Part shown: piece after piece, positions 1-11,974 of the stretch
Numbering within the stretch: position 1 is the stretch's first letter
Layout: every line of letters starts with the position of its first letter
Assembly (NCBI RefSeq): GCF_004010195.1
Contig: NC_057720.1
Location: forward strand, 7,739,117-7,803,116
DNA: 64,000 nt
Reading direction: 5' to 3'
Source of the DNA: Chiloscyllium plagiosum
Taxonomy: Eukaryota
Notes under the pieces: model-generated
What the model saw: only the letters and a program-made list of their open reading frames with translations
The model's database searches: none
What the model was told of the DNA's origin: nothing
Position numbers and translations under genes: made by a program

Positions 1-206
1 GGTAATAGCAATCATGAAGAGCTTGGAAATTGAGGGCAAAATTCTTAAATTTGAGGTGTTGTCGGACATTATAAAGACAGTGGTGCAGGTGAAGAGTACT
101 CAGTGAGAGGTAGGATACAGGCAGAGGTTTGGAGAATCTGAAATTTCCTGATGCAGGTTGGCCAGGAGCAGACCTGACTGAGTCACAGTCACACCGCACT
201 GGAACC

Positions 207-301
207 AAAACAGAAATTGCTGGAGAAACTCACCTAGTCGGGCAGCATCTGTGCAGAAAAAAAAGAGTTCACGTTTTGAGTCTGATGTGACTCTCCTTCA
301 G
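207..301 (-). mobile_element. Penelope-like terminal repeat fragment, family 2, degenerate hammerhead motif
   Basis: Minus strand reads ctgaaggagagtc-acatca-gactc-aaaacgtgaactc...cagatgctgcc; shares the gctggagaaactc/ggcagcatctgtg blocks with copies at 4740, 15200 and 52860. Confidence 0.6.
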
Positions 302-1415
302 TCACTTTTCACTGCTGATTCACTCAAGAGCAAGTCAGTACACATAAAACCGACATTTTGCGAAGATAAAAAATATTGTGTAAAACCTAAGTCTGATTAT
401 TAACCACAATCTCAGTGATTAAATTAGTCACGTTCTGGGCCTACATTTCCAAATTGGACCAAAGGAATTTTTTTGTCAGCCCAGTGTATAAATAATTCTA
501 TTACGCCTCATTGAACCCTGTCTGTTCATTGGGCGAGTTTTCCACTTCATTAAGAATGTTCAATTTGGTCAGAGGCCACTTTTGAGTCAGATTTGATAAA
601 CCACCGATACACATGGGTCACAATGCAACTAAATCAAACACCAACACATGGCTAGAACCAGATCCTTGAAAACCAATGGATTTCTTCAAAAAACACATAC
701 ACAAACGCATGCACAAGCAGTTATTAAATAGCAGAAACACATGGGGTCATGTATGGTACAGTGGAACAAAGATTAGGTAAATACACAAGGGATTGATCTG
801 AACATCTTATCTTCAGCAAGTTTACCTTCAACTATTCCCCTGATGCACTACACACATCAGTCGAGTTATTGCTTAAGTAATGGTTACAGATATGTGTACA
901 AAAACACTCCACAGAGAATCACGCAGGCAACTCCCTCACAGGTACTTCCCCGATGACATTTTATTCTCTTCCCATGTTTATACCCTTGGGCTTTTTGCTC
1001 AACTATCTTGTTGTAATTGCAACACATGGAACTCAGTTCCATCAGGCACGGTGTGTCAACTCCAGGTGTGGCCTTGCTATCCCCATCACTCTGCTTTTCA
1101 ATTTAGATCCTGGGGTATTCAAGACTATTGAGTGCCCAAGCTGGGGTAGAGGACATTGCATTTTCAGCTCTGACCTTGTCTTCAACTTCAAATCTGGAAG
1201 TTTGCACAGTTTCATTGAACCATACAGTACCCCATTCAGTCCATCAAGTCTGTGCCATCAAAAGTATATCACTACCTATATTAATACCAACTTACCCACA
1301 CCAGGCCCATTCTGAAGAGAAAAGAGTCAACACTGGTGAGTTTATATTTCCCCCACTTTCTGGCCAGTCTGTGTGGAGACCACTCAGCAATCAAACAGTG
1401 AGATCAGGATCAAAT

Positions 1416-1542
1416 TCTTCAGGAAGGGCTCATGCCCAAAACGTCGATTCTCTTGCTCCTTGGATGCTGCCTGACCTGTTGAGCTTTTCCAGCAACACAT
1501 TTTCAGCTCTGATCTCCAGCATCTGCAGTCCTCACTTTCTCC
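1416..1542 (+). mobile_element. Penelope-like terminal element, family 1
   Basis: aagggctcatgcccaaaacgtcgattc...gatgctgcctgacctg...ctcactttctcc; near-identical to 8066-8189. Confidence 0.75.
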
Positions 1543-1661
1543 ATTAAACTCACATGGAAGAGATGGAGGGGTGGAAGGTTCAGTTGACAAGGAGAAAAGG
1601 GTTTTCAGGATAAATAACTGCTCTGCAGGGAGATGACTGGGTATCTCCTGCAATTCAGTTG

Positions 1662-2000
1662 TTGTAATGCCACCTCTGAGACAGGAGGTCATGGATTCAA
1701 GTTCCGACTACAGAGAGGAGCATAAAGAGGCTACCTCTCCAGTGGAGTAAGGCACTGTCACATGTACTACCTTTCAGAAAAGATGTTTATCAGAAGTGTT
1801 ATCCAGGATGGTGCCAAACAAATTCTATGACCCTATTGTGAAGCAGAGCAGGCAAGTACATCTTTACTAAGAGCACTCCTTCTCAATTGGTCATTAGCAC
1901 ACTTCTATTTCTGGGAGCTTGCTGTGCATAAATTGGCATGCACTTCAAAAGTGACTGTAAAGTACTCTGGAAAACCAGTGGTCATGAAAGTCATTTGCTT
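1662..2000 (+). mobile_element. Degenerate Deu-domain SINE (SacSINE1/AmnSINE-like)
   Basis: tRNA-like head (cctctgagacaggaggtcatggattcaagttcc), gaagcagagcagg, and 3' block gggagcttgctgtgcataaattggc...cacttcaaaagt. Confidence 0.55.
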
Positions 2001-2099
2001 AATCCACCTTCATCAAGCAAGATTGTGTGTTCACCAGACAGCACAATAGTGCAGGAGGAAATTGGCAAGCAGGAAAATTGAAAAGCAATAGATCTATTC

Positions 2100-2285
2100 T
2101 GGCATGGTGGCTGAGTGGTTAGCACTGCAGCCTCACAGCACCAGACACCCAGGTTTGATTCCACCCTCGGGCGACTGTCTGTTTTTCATAGTCACCCAGT
2201 CTGTGGGGGTTTCCTCCGGGTGTGCTCTGGTTTCTTCCCACAGTCCAAAGATGTGCAGTTTAGGTGGATTGGCCATGCTAAATTT
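2100..2285 (+). mobile_element. HE1-like V-SINE, 5' part
   Basis: Pol III A-box (tggctgagtgg) and B-box-like head followed by V-domain ...cagtccaaagatgtgcag. Confidence 0.8.
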
Positions 2286-2662
2286 CAGCATCATCATCAT
2301 AGAATTCCCAGTGTGGAAACAGGCCATTTGGCCTAACAAGTCCACACTGACCGTCCAAAGAACATCCTACCCAGACCTATTCCTGTTACCCTGCATTTTC
2401 ATGTCGTGCAAACAGGCAGCATGTTTGTCAAAGTGGAAGATTTTCATCACAGAATCATCCACAGTGTGGAAACAGGCCATTCAGCCCAACAATTGCCCCA
2501 TAGTGTCCAGGGATGTGTAGGTTAGGTGGATTAGTTAAATTGGCCATTATGTCCAGGGTGTATTATCCAGGTATACCTTAGGAAGTGGGGGAAAAGAGAC
2601 CACAGGTGCCCAGATTTTACTGTTTTGTGGTAACCTTTAGTGCCCAGGTATCTGACAGGATG

Positions 2663-2920
2663 ATTAGATTAGATTAAATTAGATTAGATTACTTACAGTG
2701 TGGAAACAGACCCTTCAGCCCAACAAGTCCACACTGACCCTCCGAAGAGCAACCCACTCAGACCCATTCCCCTACATTTACCCCTTCACCTAACACTATG
2801 GGCAATTTAGCGTGGTCAATTCACCTAACCTGCACACCTTTGGACTGTGGGAGGAAACCGGTGCACCCGGAGGAAACCCACGCAGACACGGGGAGACTGT
2901 GCAAACTCCACACAGACAAT
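2663..2920 (-). mobile_element. HE1-like V-SINE lacking its head
   Basis: (gatta)n tail, cagtgtggaaacag, ggactgtgggaggaaaccgg, gtgcaaactccacacagac. Confidence 0.85.
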
Positions 2921-3319
2921 AGCCATTGATGCTAAATCAATGCAAGCACATCCAGGGTTACCTCCAGAGGTGCCAATATATGGAAGATGTTGGGCGGGAA
3001 AATGTACTTATAATGTCCACTTCAACTTAAAATGAACAGGAATGTACATGAACAGAATCAAGCTTAGGTATGAGGATGCTGTTGGGTGAACAGATCCTGA
3101 AAAAACAGTGCACTGACTCACAAGTGAGCAATAGTGGGAGTGAAGATGCAAGCAGCTCATTGAGAAACAATACCATCGGGAGATATTGGCAGGTGGGAAA
3201 ATCATACAGGAGTATATTTACTAGTGTGCAGATTCCACAATCAGGAAAACAGAAGCAAGCAACATTGCATGGGTACTGTAGACTGTATATTAAATAACAA
3301 CAGGGCAACTCAAATATTG

Positions 3320-3722
3320 TAGTCATACAGCATGGAAACAGACGCTTGATCCAACTAATCCATGCTGACCATAATCCCAAACTAAACTAGTCCCACTTGC
3401 CTGTATTTGGCCTGTATCCCTCCAAATGTTTCCTATTCATGTATATATCCAAATGTCTTTTAAACATTTTAACTGTACCTGCATCCATCACTTCCTCTGG
3501 AAGTTCATTCCACACACAAACCACTCTAAAAAAGTTGCTCCTCTTGTCTTTCTCCTCTCACCTTAAAAATATGTCCCCTAGTCTTGAAATTCCCCCACCC
3601 TAGGGAAAAGACACCTGCCACACACCTTATGTATACCCTTCCTGACTTTATAAACCTCTATAAAAGGTCACCCACCAAACTCTGCATGCCAGTGAAAAAG
3701 ATCCCAGGCTATTCAGCCTCTC
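3320..3722 (-). mobile_element. CR1 (HER1-like) LINE 3' fragment
   Basis: Matches the CR1 3' ends at 33640-33990 and 57385-57870 in reverse orientation. Confidence 0.8.
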
Positions 3723-5071
3723 CGCTGTAACAAGTTTTAAAACAAATTACATTTACTTCACTGGAAAAAAGTTAAACATGTTGCCCATATGTTTTGGGAA
3801 AATGTCCAAGCCTTGCACTTTTAAAAACAAAATCATTCCAGAGTTTACTACGTGGCACCACTGCACCCAATCGGAGTTGACACGCCAACCAATCTGCACC
3901 TGTTTTCTTCTGCAATATAAACGATTATAACTGCTTTGAAATTTGGCATTCTTGCATTTGTCCTGATGCGTGCCAGACAAAAAGCTTTAGCAACATCTAA
4001 GTTCTGAACTATATTTATGTTACAACTTCTATTGCATTACAAAGTACTTTACAGTTAATTATTTTTGAAGTGTAGTCACTAAAGAGTATGAAATTGTTCT
4101 GATGAAACTATCGACCTGAAACTATCGACCTTGAATACTCCACTGATGCTATCTGATCTGTTGGGTGTCTCTACTATTTTCATTTCTCCAATTAAAAAGT
4201 AATTTTCATTTCATGGTCACCCCGTATTAATACTTATGTAAAGCATTATTGTTTGCTATTTTAGCGCAAAACACTAACAAATTATTTGAGAAAGCGTAGT
4301 CAAAAGATGTCACACAATAGATATTTAGTGTTTGGCACAGTGTGAATTCTTTATTGTTTCAGATCAGTTTATGTTTGGGATTTGGAAACATTTCCTTAAC
4401 AATTAATACCTGACAATACTGCAATTAGGTACCCAGTTTGATTCAAGTCAGGAGTCTGCAAGTTCTGAAGTGGTAAATAAAAACTTAAACTGTCGAATTT
4501 TAAAATAAGAAATTAACCCTGAAGTGAAGTTATTCCTCTCTCATTCAAATCTGGATTACAACAAACCCCAAGTTTAACAACATGAAGAACTTGAAACTTT
4601 AAAAATTGAAATGGGATGTAGTGAATCACAAATTTGGAGCAAAGTGTTCAACACACTATACAGAATGTTATGGAGGTATTCAGCAAGTTTAGGCAGACTC
4701 TGCCAAGAGGAACAAAGAGAGAAAGGAACACAATAAATTGAAAAATACTGTGGATGTTGGAAAAAAAATCAAATTGCTGGAGAAACTCAGCAGGTCTGGT
4801 AGCATCTTTAGAGAGAAACAGAGTGAACTGTTGAAGCCGTCCTCTCTGGAACATGATTAAGGCTTCAGGTGGATGACCTTGCATCAGAAAAAGTTAAATG
4901 ACTTGAAATGCATATTCCAAGTTGATTTCCTGTACACCTCAAAAACATTTCTAACATCTTTGAGATCACCATTATTCAGTACTTTACTGAGCTAAAAAAA
5001 AAACCCAATTACTCATCATAGTTATAGTCATTGAGGCCAACTGTTCCGAGAAAGGCCCTTTGGCCCATCGA

Positions 5072-5219
5072 CGAGGAGAAAGTGAGGAGTGCAGATGCTG
5101 GAGATCAGAGTCAAAAAGTGCGGCACTGGAAAAGCACAGCAGGTCAAGTAGCATCTGAAGAGCAGGGTCCTCAGATGCTGCCTGGCCTGCTATGCTTTTC
5201 CAGCACCACACTTTTTGAC
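5072..5219. mobile_element. Fold-back PLE family 1 element with centre (hammerhead) deleted
   Basis: Inverted arms agtcaaaaagtg...gcatctga / tcagatgc...cactttttgact; TSD ctttggcccat(c/t)ga at 5058-5071 and 5219-5232. Confidence 0.75.
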
Positions 5220-5344
5220 TTTGGCCCATTGAGTCTGGGCTAGTTGAAAACAACTCAGCACCTGGCTCCACTGACCTCCTGGCCTACTCTGCCCCAGAGA
5301 GGCCACATTTACTTTTTTGTTTGTTTCTTTTTACTCATTTAGGA

Positions 5345-6240
5345 GAGTTATAGAGCACTGAAACAGACCCTTTGGCCAAACTAGTCCATGTCGACCAAGT
5401 TTCCCAAACTAAACTACGTGGGCGGCACGGTGGCATAGTGGTCAGCATTGCTGCCTCACAGCGCCAGAGACCCGGGTTCAATTCCCACCTCAGGCGACTG
5501 ACTGTGTGGAGTTTGCACATTCTCCATGTGTCTGCGTGGGTCCCCTCCGGGTGCTCCGGTTTCCTCCCATAGTCCAAAGATGTGCAGGTCAGGTGAATTG
5601 GCCATGCTAAATTTCCCGTAGTGTTAGGTAAGGGGTAAATGTAGGGGTATGAGTGGGTTACGCTTCGGCGGGTCGGTGTGGACTTGTTGGGTCGAAGGGC
5701 CTGTTTCCACATTGTAATGTAATCTAATCTAATCTAATTTGCCTGCATTTGGCCCGTATCCCTCTAAATCTTTCCTAACCATGGACCTGCCCAAATATCT
5801 TTTAAATGTTGTAACTGTACCTGCCTCTACCAATTCCTCTGGCAGTTCATCCCACACATGAACCACCATCTGTGCGAAAAAGTTGCCCCTCAGGTCCTTT
5901 TTAAAATCTTCCTTCTCTCACCTTAAAATTATACCTGAAGTGTCTAATTTTGAAATCCCCCACCCTGGAGAAAAGGCGTTTGCTATTCATCTTATCTATG
6001 CCCATTAAAAGTCCAAGCCTATCTAGCCTCTCCTAGTAACTCAAACCTCCTGGTCCCGGTGACACCCTGGGAAATCTTTTCTGCACTAATTTCTAATTTA
6101 AGAATACCCTTCCAATAGTAGGGCCATGTGAACTGTATACCATATTCCAAAAGTAGCCTCACCAATGTCCTGTACAACTGCAACATGACAGCCCAGCCCC
6201 TGCACTCAATGGTTTGGCAATGAAGGCAAGTATGCAAATT
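5345..6240 (-). mobile_element. CR1 LINE 3' fragment interrupted by an HE1 SINE
   Basis: Minus-strand peptide VMLQLYRTLVRLLLEYGIQF.WPYY is the CR1 ORF2 C-terminal motif. Confidence 0.85.
5419..5737 (+). mobile_element. Full-length HE1-like V-SINE
   Basis: gggcggcacggtggc head with A/B boxes, V-domain, CR1-derived tail and (aatct)n end. Confidence 0.92.
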
Positions 6241-7975
6241 CTCACGTCTGCAGGAGTTTGCTCCTCTTTTATTGGCCGTCCCTAGTTGCCCTTGAGGAGG
6301 TGGTGGTGAGCTGCCTTCTTGAACTTCTGCAGACAGACATTGTGTTGGAGGTTGATCCACAATTCCATGAGGGAGGGTATTTCAGGATTTCGACCCAGTG
6401 GCATATCATTGCAGGTTAATTTAGAAACTCAGTTCTGTCTCCCCATTGAGGACTCCTTCCATTATTTTGTGGAGCGTTACCACCATGTGAAAAGGGTGGA
6501 CACTTTGAATGGATCTCGCTACTCAAAGCTGGTTATCCATTAAGCACAGCGGGCTGTAAGTATTTATTTTTTTCCTCAATCACCCAAGTTATATTATTTT
6601 CCCCCTTTATCCTCCACCACTAAATCACCCAATTCCCTAATCGATTACCAATTAACTTGCAAAGTCCGTCAGGGCCAGAGCAATGCCACCAAGACTGAGG
6701 GCACAACAGGGAGCTCGGAGGAAACCAAGTCAAAGTTCATAGAATCCTATAGTGTAGAAGTAGGTCATTCAGCCCACTGAGTCCACACTGACCCTCCCAA
6801 GTACATCCCACCCGTACCCATCTCCTTACCCTATCCCTGTAACCCTACATTCCCCATGGCTAACCCACCTACATCCTTGGACACTATGGGCAAATTAGCT
6901 TGGCACATCCCCCACAACCCTGCTGTGGTGCCCAGCTCTCATGCCAAAGGACAAGCCAACATTTTTGGGAGTGATGGCTCCCACATGCGTTTGACGATGC
7001 TTCACCACAGAAGAAGTTGATCCCGCTGCACAACTGGGCCTCATGGAGTCCACGATTGGGTTTTAGTCAGTTCCTTCGAGAAACCAGCTCAGTTGAGAAT
7101 ATGCCAGCTGAGGAAATTTCCTGAGAAGCCAGCGTGCATTCCCCCTCCCCCACCTTAACTATGCTGCTCAACATCACTTCCATCAGGCACCACCTGCACC
7201 TCATAACCAATTCTCCCTGAACCCTGTCCCCAAGCTCCCCATGAAGAGGTCTCTGGAAAATTCACCCCCACATCACCCTGACCGACTGAAAAATTAAATC
7301 ACAATTTCTTCACACAAGGAGTTCAGGTCAACTACATATCTCTGGTTTCAATGCTAGAGGGATTAATCTTAGGAAATATAAGTATTTTTACTCCAATCCT
7401 TCAGCATTGTATCACGAGTGCAGAATCTTTCACTTTCCCACAATGTGATTCCTTTTAAAAAGAAAGAGGTCACATATGTTACTGCACAACAGTTGACACA
7501 TGTGACAGTTTCTGGGTAAAATAAGCATATCTCATTAAATAAATTCATAACTCAACCAAGCATTAAATGCTATCATTTGCTGCTCGGATGACTGAGCTGT
7601 GTTTATTCTGGATGAGTAACGTGTTGGTACAGGAAATACTTCACTCTCCTCTGTCTCGACTTTTTAAATTATATTTTCACCGCACTTGCCTTGTCTAAAA
7701 CATGGTCTCACTCCCCCACCAATGGATGCTCATTCTTCAGGAAGAATACAGCACTGGAGGAGGCCATTCAGCCCTACGTGCCTAAGTCAGTTCATTCTTG
7801 AATCTATTTCATTAACAAGACCATGAGACATACAGTAGGCCACTCAGTTCTACCATTGGATCATAACTTAGCTGATCTGAATGTGATCTTAACTGCACTT
7901 TCCTAATAGCTTCCAAACCCTTCGTTCCTTCATTGATAGGGTCAAAAGGAGCCAAGTTAGGCTGTTCGGTTCCAT

Positions 7976-8189
7976 GCTGAAAATGTGTTGCTGGAAAAGC
8001 GCAGCAGGTCAGGCAGCATCCAGGGAACAGGAGAATCGACGTTTCGGGCATAAGCCCTTCTTCAGGAAGAAGGGCTTATGCCCGAAACGTCGATTCTTCT
8101 GTTCCTTGGATGCTGCCTGACCTGCTGCGTTTTTCCAGCAACACATTTTCAGCTCTGATCTCCAGCGTCTGCAGACCTCACTTTCTCCC
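7976..8189. mobile_element. Fold-back PLE family 1 element with 88-bp inverted arms
   Basis: Arms 7976-8063 and 8066-8153 with 3 mismatches; TSD gttcggttc(c/t)atg at 7964-7976 and 8190-8202. Confidence 0.9.
8033..8068 (-). ncRNA. Minimal type I hammerhead ribozyme motif
   Basis: Minus strand: CUGAAGA-A-GGGC-UUAU-GCCC-GAAA-C-GUC; conserved core, 4-bp stem II, palindromic ACGU stem III, GUC cleavage triplet. Confidence 0.7.
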
Positions 8190-8485
8190 GTTCGGTTCTA
8201 TGGCCATGTTCAGTGACAGCATGACTGATCTGATCAGCCTTCCCTTTCTCACAGCTCTGTCAATTTTACCCCTCAAAATATTGATCCAACACTCCTCCTA
8301 ACGTCATCTTTCACTGTCCTCCCACCATCCTTTCACGCAGAATATTCCAGACCATGGCAGCTCACTGTGAAAAACAAAGCCCTTTATCGGAATGACAGAA
8401 TGAGGACATTCGGCCTGTCGTGTGTTGGAAGGAGCAATTCAACATCCTCCACCGTCTCTCTGCCCTTATCGGTCTTCTTCCTTTC

Positions 8486-8807
8486 AGATTAGATTCCCTA
8501 CAGTGTGGAGACAGACCCTTCGGCCCAACCGGTCCACACCAACCCTCCGAAGAGTAACCCACCCAGACCCATCTCCCTCTGACTAATTGATCTAACATTA
8601 TGGGGCAATTTAGCATGGCCAATTCACCTAACCTGCACATCTTTGGACTGTGGGAGGAACTGTGGGAGGAAACCGGAGCACCCAGAAGAAACCCATGCAG
8701 ACACAGGGAGAATGTACAAACTCCACACAGACATCAGAGGCTGGAATCGAACCTGGGACCCTGGTGCTGTGAGGCAGCAGTGCTAACCACTAAGCCACTG
8801 TGCCACC
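8486..8807 (-). mobile_element. HE1-like V-SINE
   Basis: Complete tail, V-domain and head in reverse orientation, with a small internal duplication (actgtgggagga x2). Confidence 0.9.
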
Positions 8808-9055
8808 TCAATTCACCCTTGAATGGCTCAATCAAAGCTGGCTTCACCACTCTCTCTGGCAACGCCTTCCGACCCTCACCCAGTCACCTTTCTCCAAGTG
8901 CCACCATTGCTTTTTTTTGTCAGTATCCCACATCCATGCTCTCTGATTCTCAATCATTCCTCCAAAAGGGACAATTTCGCTCAGCTTTGCCAAACCCCTA
9001 CAATTTTAGGAACCTCCTAGAGATCTCTCCTTCCAAGGGCAGACGTGTCAACTTC

Positions 9056-9388
9056 ACAAAATCCCTACAGTGGGGAAGCTGGCCATTTGGCCCATTGAGT
9101 CCACACTTAGCCTCCAAAGAGCATCCCACCCAGACCCAGGTCCCTACCCAATAACTCCATATTTCCCATGGCTAACTCACCAAGCCTGGATATCCCCTGG
9201 ACACTACAGGAAATTGACTAATCCAACTGACCTGCACATCTTTGGACTGAACAGAAATGACAGCACCAGAGGAAATCCTCACTTAAGGACAGGGGCAAAT
9301 TCCATACAGTCGCCAGAGGGTGGAATCGAACCCAGGTCTCTGGTGCTGCGAGGCAACAATGCTAAGCAATGAGCCACCGTACCACGCC
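9056..9388 (-). mobile_element. Older HE1-like SINE
   Basis: atccctacagtg tail ... ggaatcgaacccagg ... gagccaccgt head. Confidence 0.8.
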
Positions 9389-9482
9389 TAATCTTAAACT
9401 TCTCAAATCTACACATGCATGAAGTTCCTCAGCTCCAAAAGCATTCTTGTGAACCTCTTCAAAGGTAACATATCTTTGGTCA

Positions 9483-9821
9483 GAAGATCTCCTCGTGGGT
9501 CTGCTCCTGGGTCTGGCCAAACTGGCCATAAACAGGTCCAGGTAGCAGGCCATGGAGGGGGTCGTTTTGGCCGATTGCCAGACCTTTTTCTGTGGTTACG
9601 TTCAAGCGTGGATGACCCTGGAGATGGAGCACATGGTCTCTACCAACACCCTCGAGCTGTTCACTAAGAGGTGGGCACTGCAGGGAGTGGAGTGTCTTAT
9701 TTCCCCCTCCAACTCTATTTTGATTTAAATCGCTGCCCTCCCCTTCACATTTTGATCATGCAGCATTGTCCTTTGATGAGAAGGGCATTGCTTGTCACTG
9801 GCCACTTGGCTGTTAAAAAAA
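9483..9821 (+). mobile_element. L1-clade Tx1-like LINE 3' end (pseudogenised ORF2 C-terminus plus 3' UTR)
   Basis: Translates EDLLVGLLLGLAKLAINRSR*QAMEGVVLADC...LEMEHMVSTNTLELFTKRWALQGVECLISPSNSILI*; the L.GLAKLAI..SR motif is typical of Tx1 ORF2; ends in an A-run. Confidence 0.7.
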
Positions 9822-10360
9822 GGTAAAAGATGCAAGGAGTGGAGGGACTGCCTTATGCGGAGAGGTTGAGCAGGTTGGACTTGCCCTGATTGGAGTTTTG
9901 CAGAATGGGAAGTGACCTTATTGAAACACAAGAGATTCTTAGGGAATTTAGAGTCAGAGAGATGTAAAGCTCGGAGGGAGACCCTTCGGTCCAACAAGTC
10001 CATGTCAACCAGATACCCTAAATTAATCTAGTCCCATTTGCCAGCATTTGTCCCATATCCCTCTAAACCCTTCCTAGTCATGTACCCATCCAGCAGCCTT
10101 TAAAATGTTGTAATTGTACCAGCCTCCACCACAGGACCTGAAGGGTTATACCCGAAATGTCGACTTCTCCACCTCCTGACGCTGCCTGGCTTGCTGTGTT
10201 CTTCCAGCCTCCTACCTGTCTACTTTGGATCTCAGTGAATGGTGGAGCAGACTCGATGGGCTGAATGGCCTAACTTGTGGTCCTATATTTTATGGTCTAC
10301 TCTTCTGCTTATCCGGAAAGGGTTTACGGAACTTCTATTTAATATCTCGTCAAAAATTGA

Positions 10361-10575
10361 GACCACCGACAGTATGTCACTCCCTCAGCACTGACCCTCC
10401 AACAGTACGGCACTCCCTCAGCGCTGAGTCTCCGACACTCCCTTAGTACTGACCCTGTGAAAGTGCAACACTCCCTCAGCACAGCACTAGGTGTATCAGC
10501 CTTGATTTTGTAATCTTTCCTCGACTAGGGCTTGAATTTGTGACCTTCAGACTTTGAGATTAGAGTGAAGTAGAG
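10361..10575 (-). mobile_element. Deu-domain SINE 5' part with ~33-bp tandem amplification
   Basis: cactccctcagcactgaccctcc(a/g)acagt repeated about 4 times, followed by the reverse-complemented tRNA-like head. Confidence 0.65.
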
Positions 10576-11809
10576 ATAGCACTCATGACAAATGAAATAC
10601 GGTCTGACAGCAGCAGTCTGAAATTTCATGTGTTAACAATCAGCTTTTACAACAGCAATATTACAATTACGTTCCAGGATAATCATGAAAATTAAGCATG
10701 ATGGAAATGGATGAACAGAGAAAAAGCTGCAAAGTGTGCTCTTTGCACAAGGATTCCAAATCCCTGGAGGCCACAAAGTCAGCCAAACACCATGCTAATT
10801 ATCCCTGATTAATACAATTAACACCATATCATTTACTCATGTATATTGATAAAATAGTTTGTTACTAAGTGATAAATTCAGAGGAGATACATTAGCTGCT
10901 TTCTGAGCTACAGACAGTCAAAGCTTTCATTGCTTTAATTCCTCAGGTATCAGTGATGCCTCACTTGGTAGGATTGTCGTCTGAGCAGAAGGTTGTGAGT
11001 TTGAGTCTTACTTCAGGAATTTTAGACAAAATGTCACCTAACACTGCTGGTGCTGCATTGAGATGCTGTTTCTTTCCAGAAGAAATTCAAAGACGTAGAA
11101 AATAGGAACAGGGGTAGGCAATTCGGCCCTTCAAGCCTGTTCCATCACTCAATGTGATCACGACTGATCACCCAACTCAGTCCTCTATTCCCACTTTCTC
11201 CCCTTACTCTTTTATCCCTTTAGTTCTAAAAACTATATCTAACACCTTGTTGAAAATATTCAAATGATTTGCATTTATTTGCATTTTGCCTCACTTTCAC
11301 CAATGTGGAATGTTCCAAGTGCTTGAAAGCCAATCAAATACTGTTAAAATGGAATTACTTGTAACATTGGAAATAAGACACCCAAGATAACAATATGATA
11401 GTGACGTGGTTTGAGGAATTATATTGTCTAGAATGTGGAGGATAACTCTGCAGTTTTTTTCTTCGAAAACATGTTGTTTTCCATCCTGCGGTCAAAATAT
11501 CAGTGTGCCTTTAAGAAACCTGCTCATAATTTCATTACTGTGTTGGGGCATGTGGCCTGATGGTGTAATGGTTTCATACTCCATCTTACCTTGGATCACT
11601 GGAAGCATGACACTCTACCTTGGTTTAATATTAGCTCAGGCACATAACATCAACTTAAGTGGCTGAAGTATATATTTACACATGACAGTTGTAACAAATG
11701 TCCATTGGATTCTTCAATACCACAATATCTATACCCAGTTCCTTTTATTACTGGGGATAATATAAGCATTGCCACGTCAGGTAAAACACCTAGCAGGCAC
11801 ACTCTCGTC

Positions 11810-11950
11810 AACACATGACATGGGATCTTCTACATCCAGGTGAGAAGGCAGACAGTACATCGGTTTAACACTTCATTGCTCAGATCACGTTTCACTCATC
11901 CAGTACTGCATTACAGTTTCAGCGTAGAGTTTTGTGCTCAGATCCCAAAT
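11810..11950 (-). mobile_element. Deu-domain SINE fragment
   Basis: atgggatcttctacatcc...ggcagac...ggtttaac...cagtactgca...ttttgtgctca. Confidence 0.55.
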
Positions 11951-11974
11951 ACCTGAGAATACTGAAATGGTCTG

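Noticed and set aside
2962..3096. Minus-strand exon candidate with good acceptor (ttttttcag) and donor (gtaac)
   Set aside because: Stops in all three frames and no recognisable product; at most a non-coding exon.
7976..8153. Interpreting the palindromes as DNA-transposon MITEs or miRNA genes
   Set aside because: The arms are unequal and TSD length varies from 9 to 14 bp, the same sequence terminates GIY-YIG-coding PLE relics, and single-arm copies are common.
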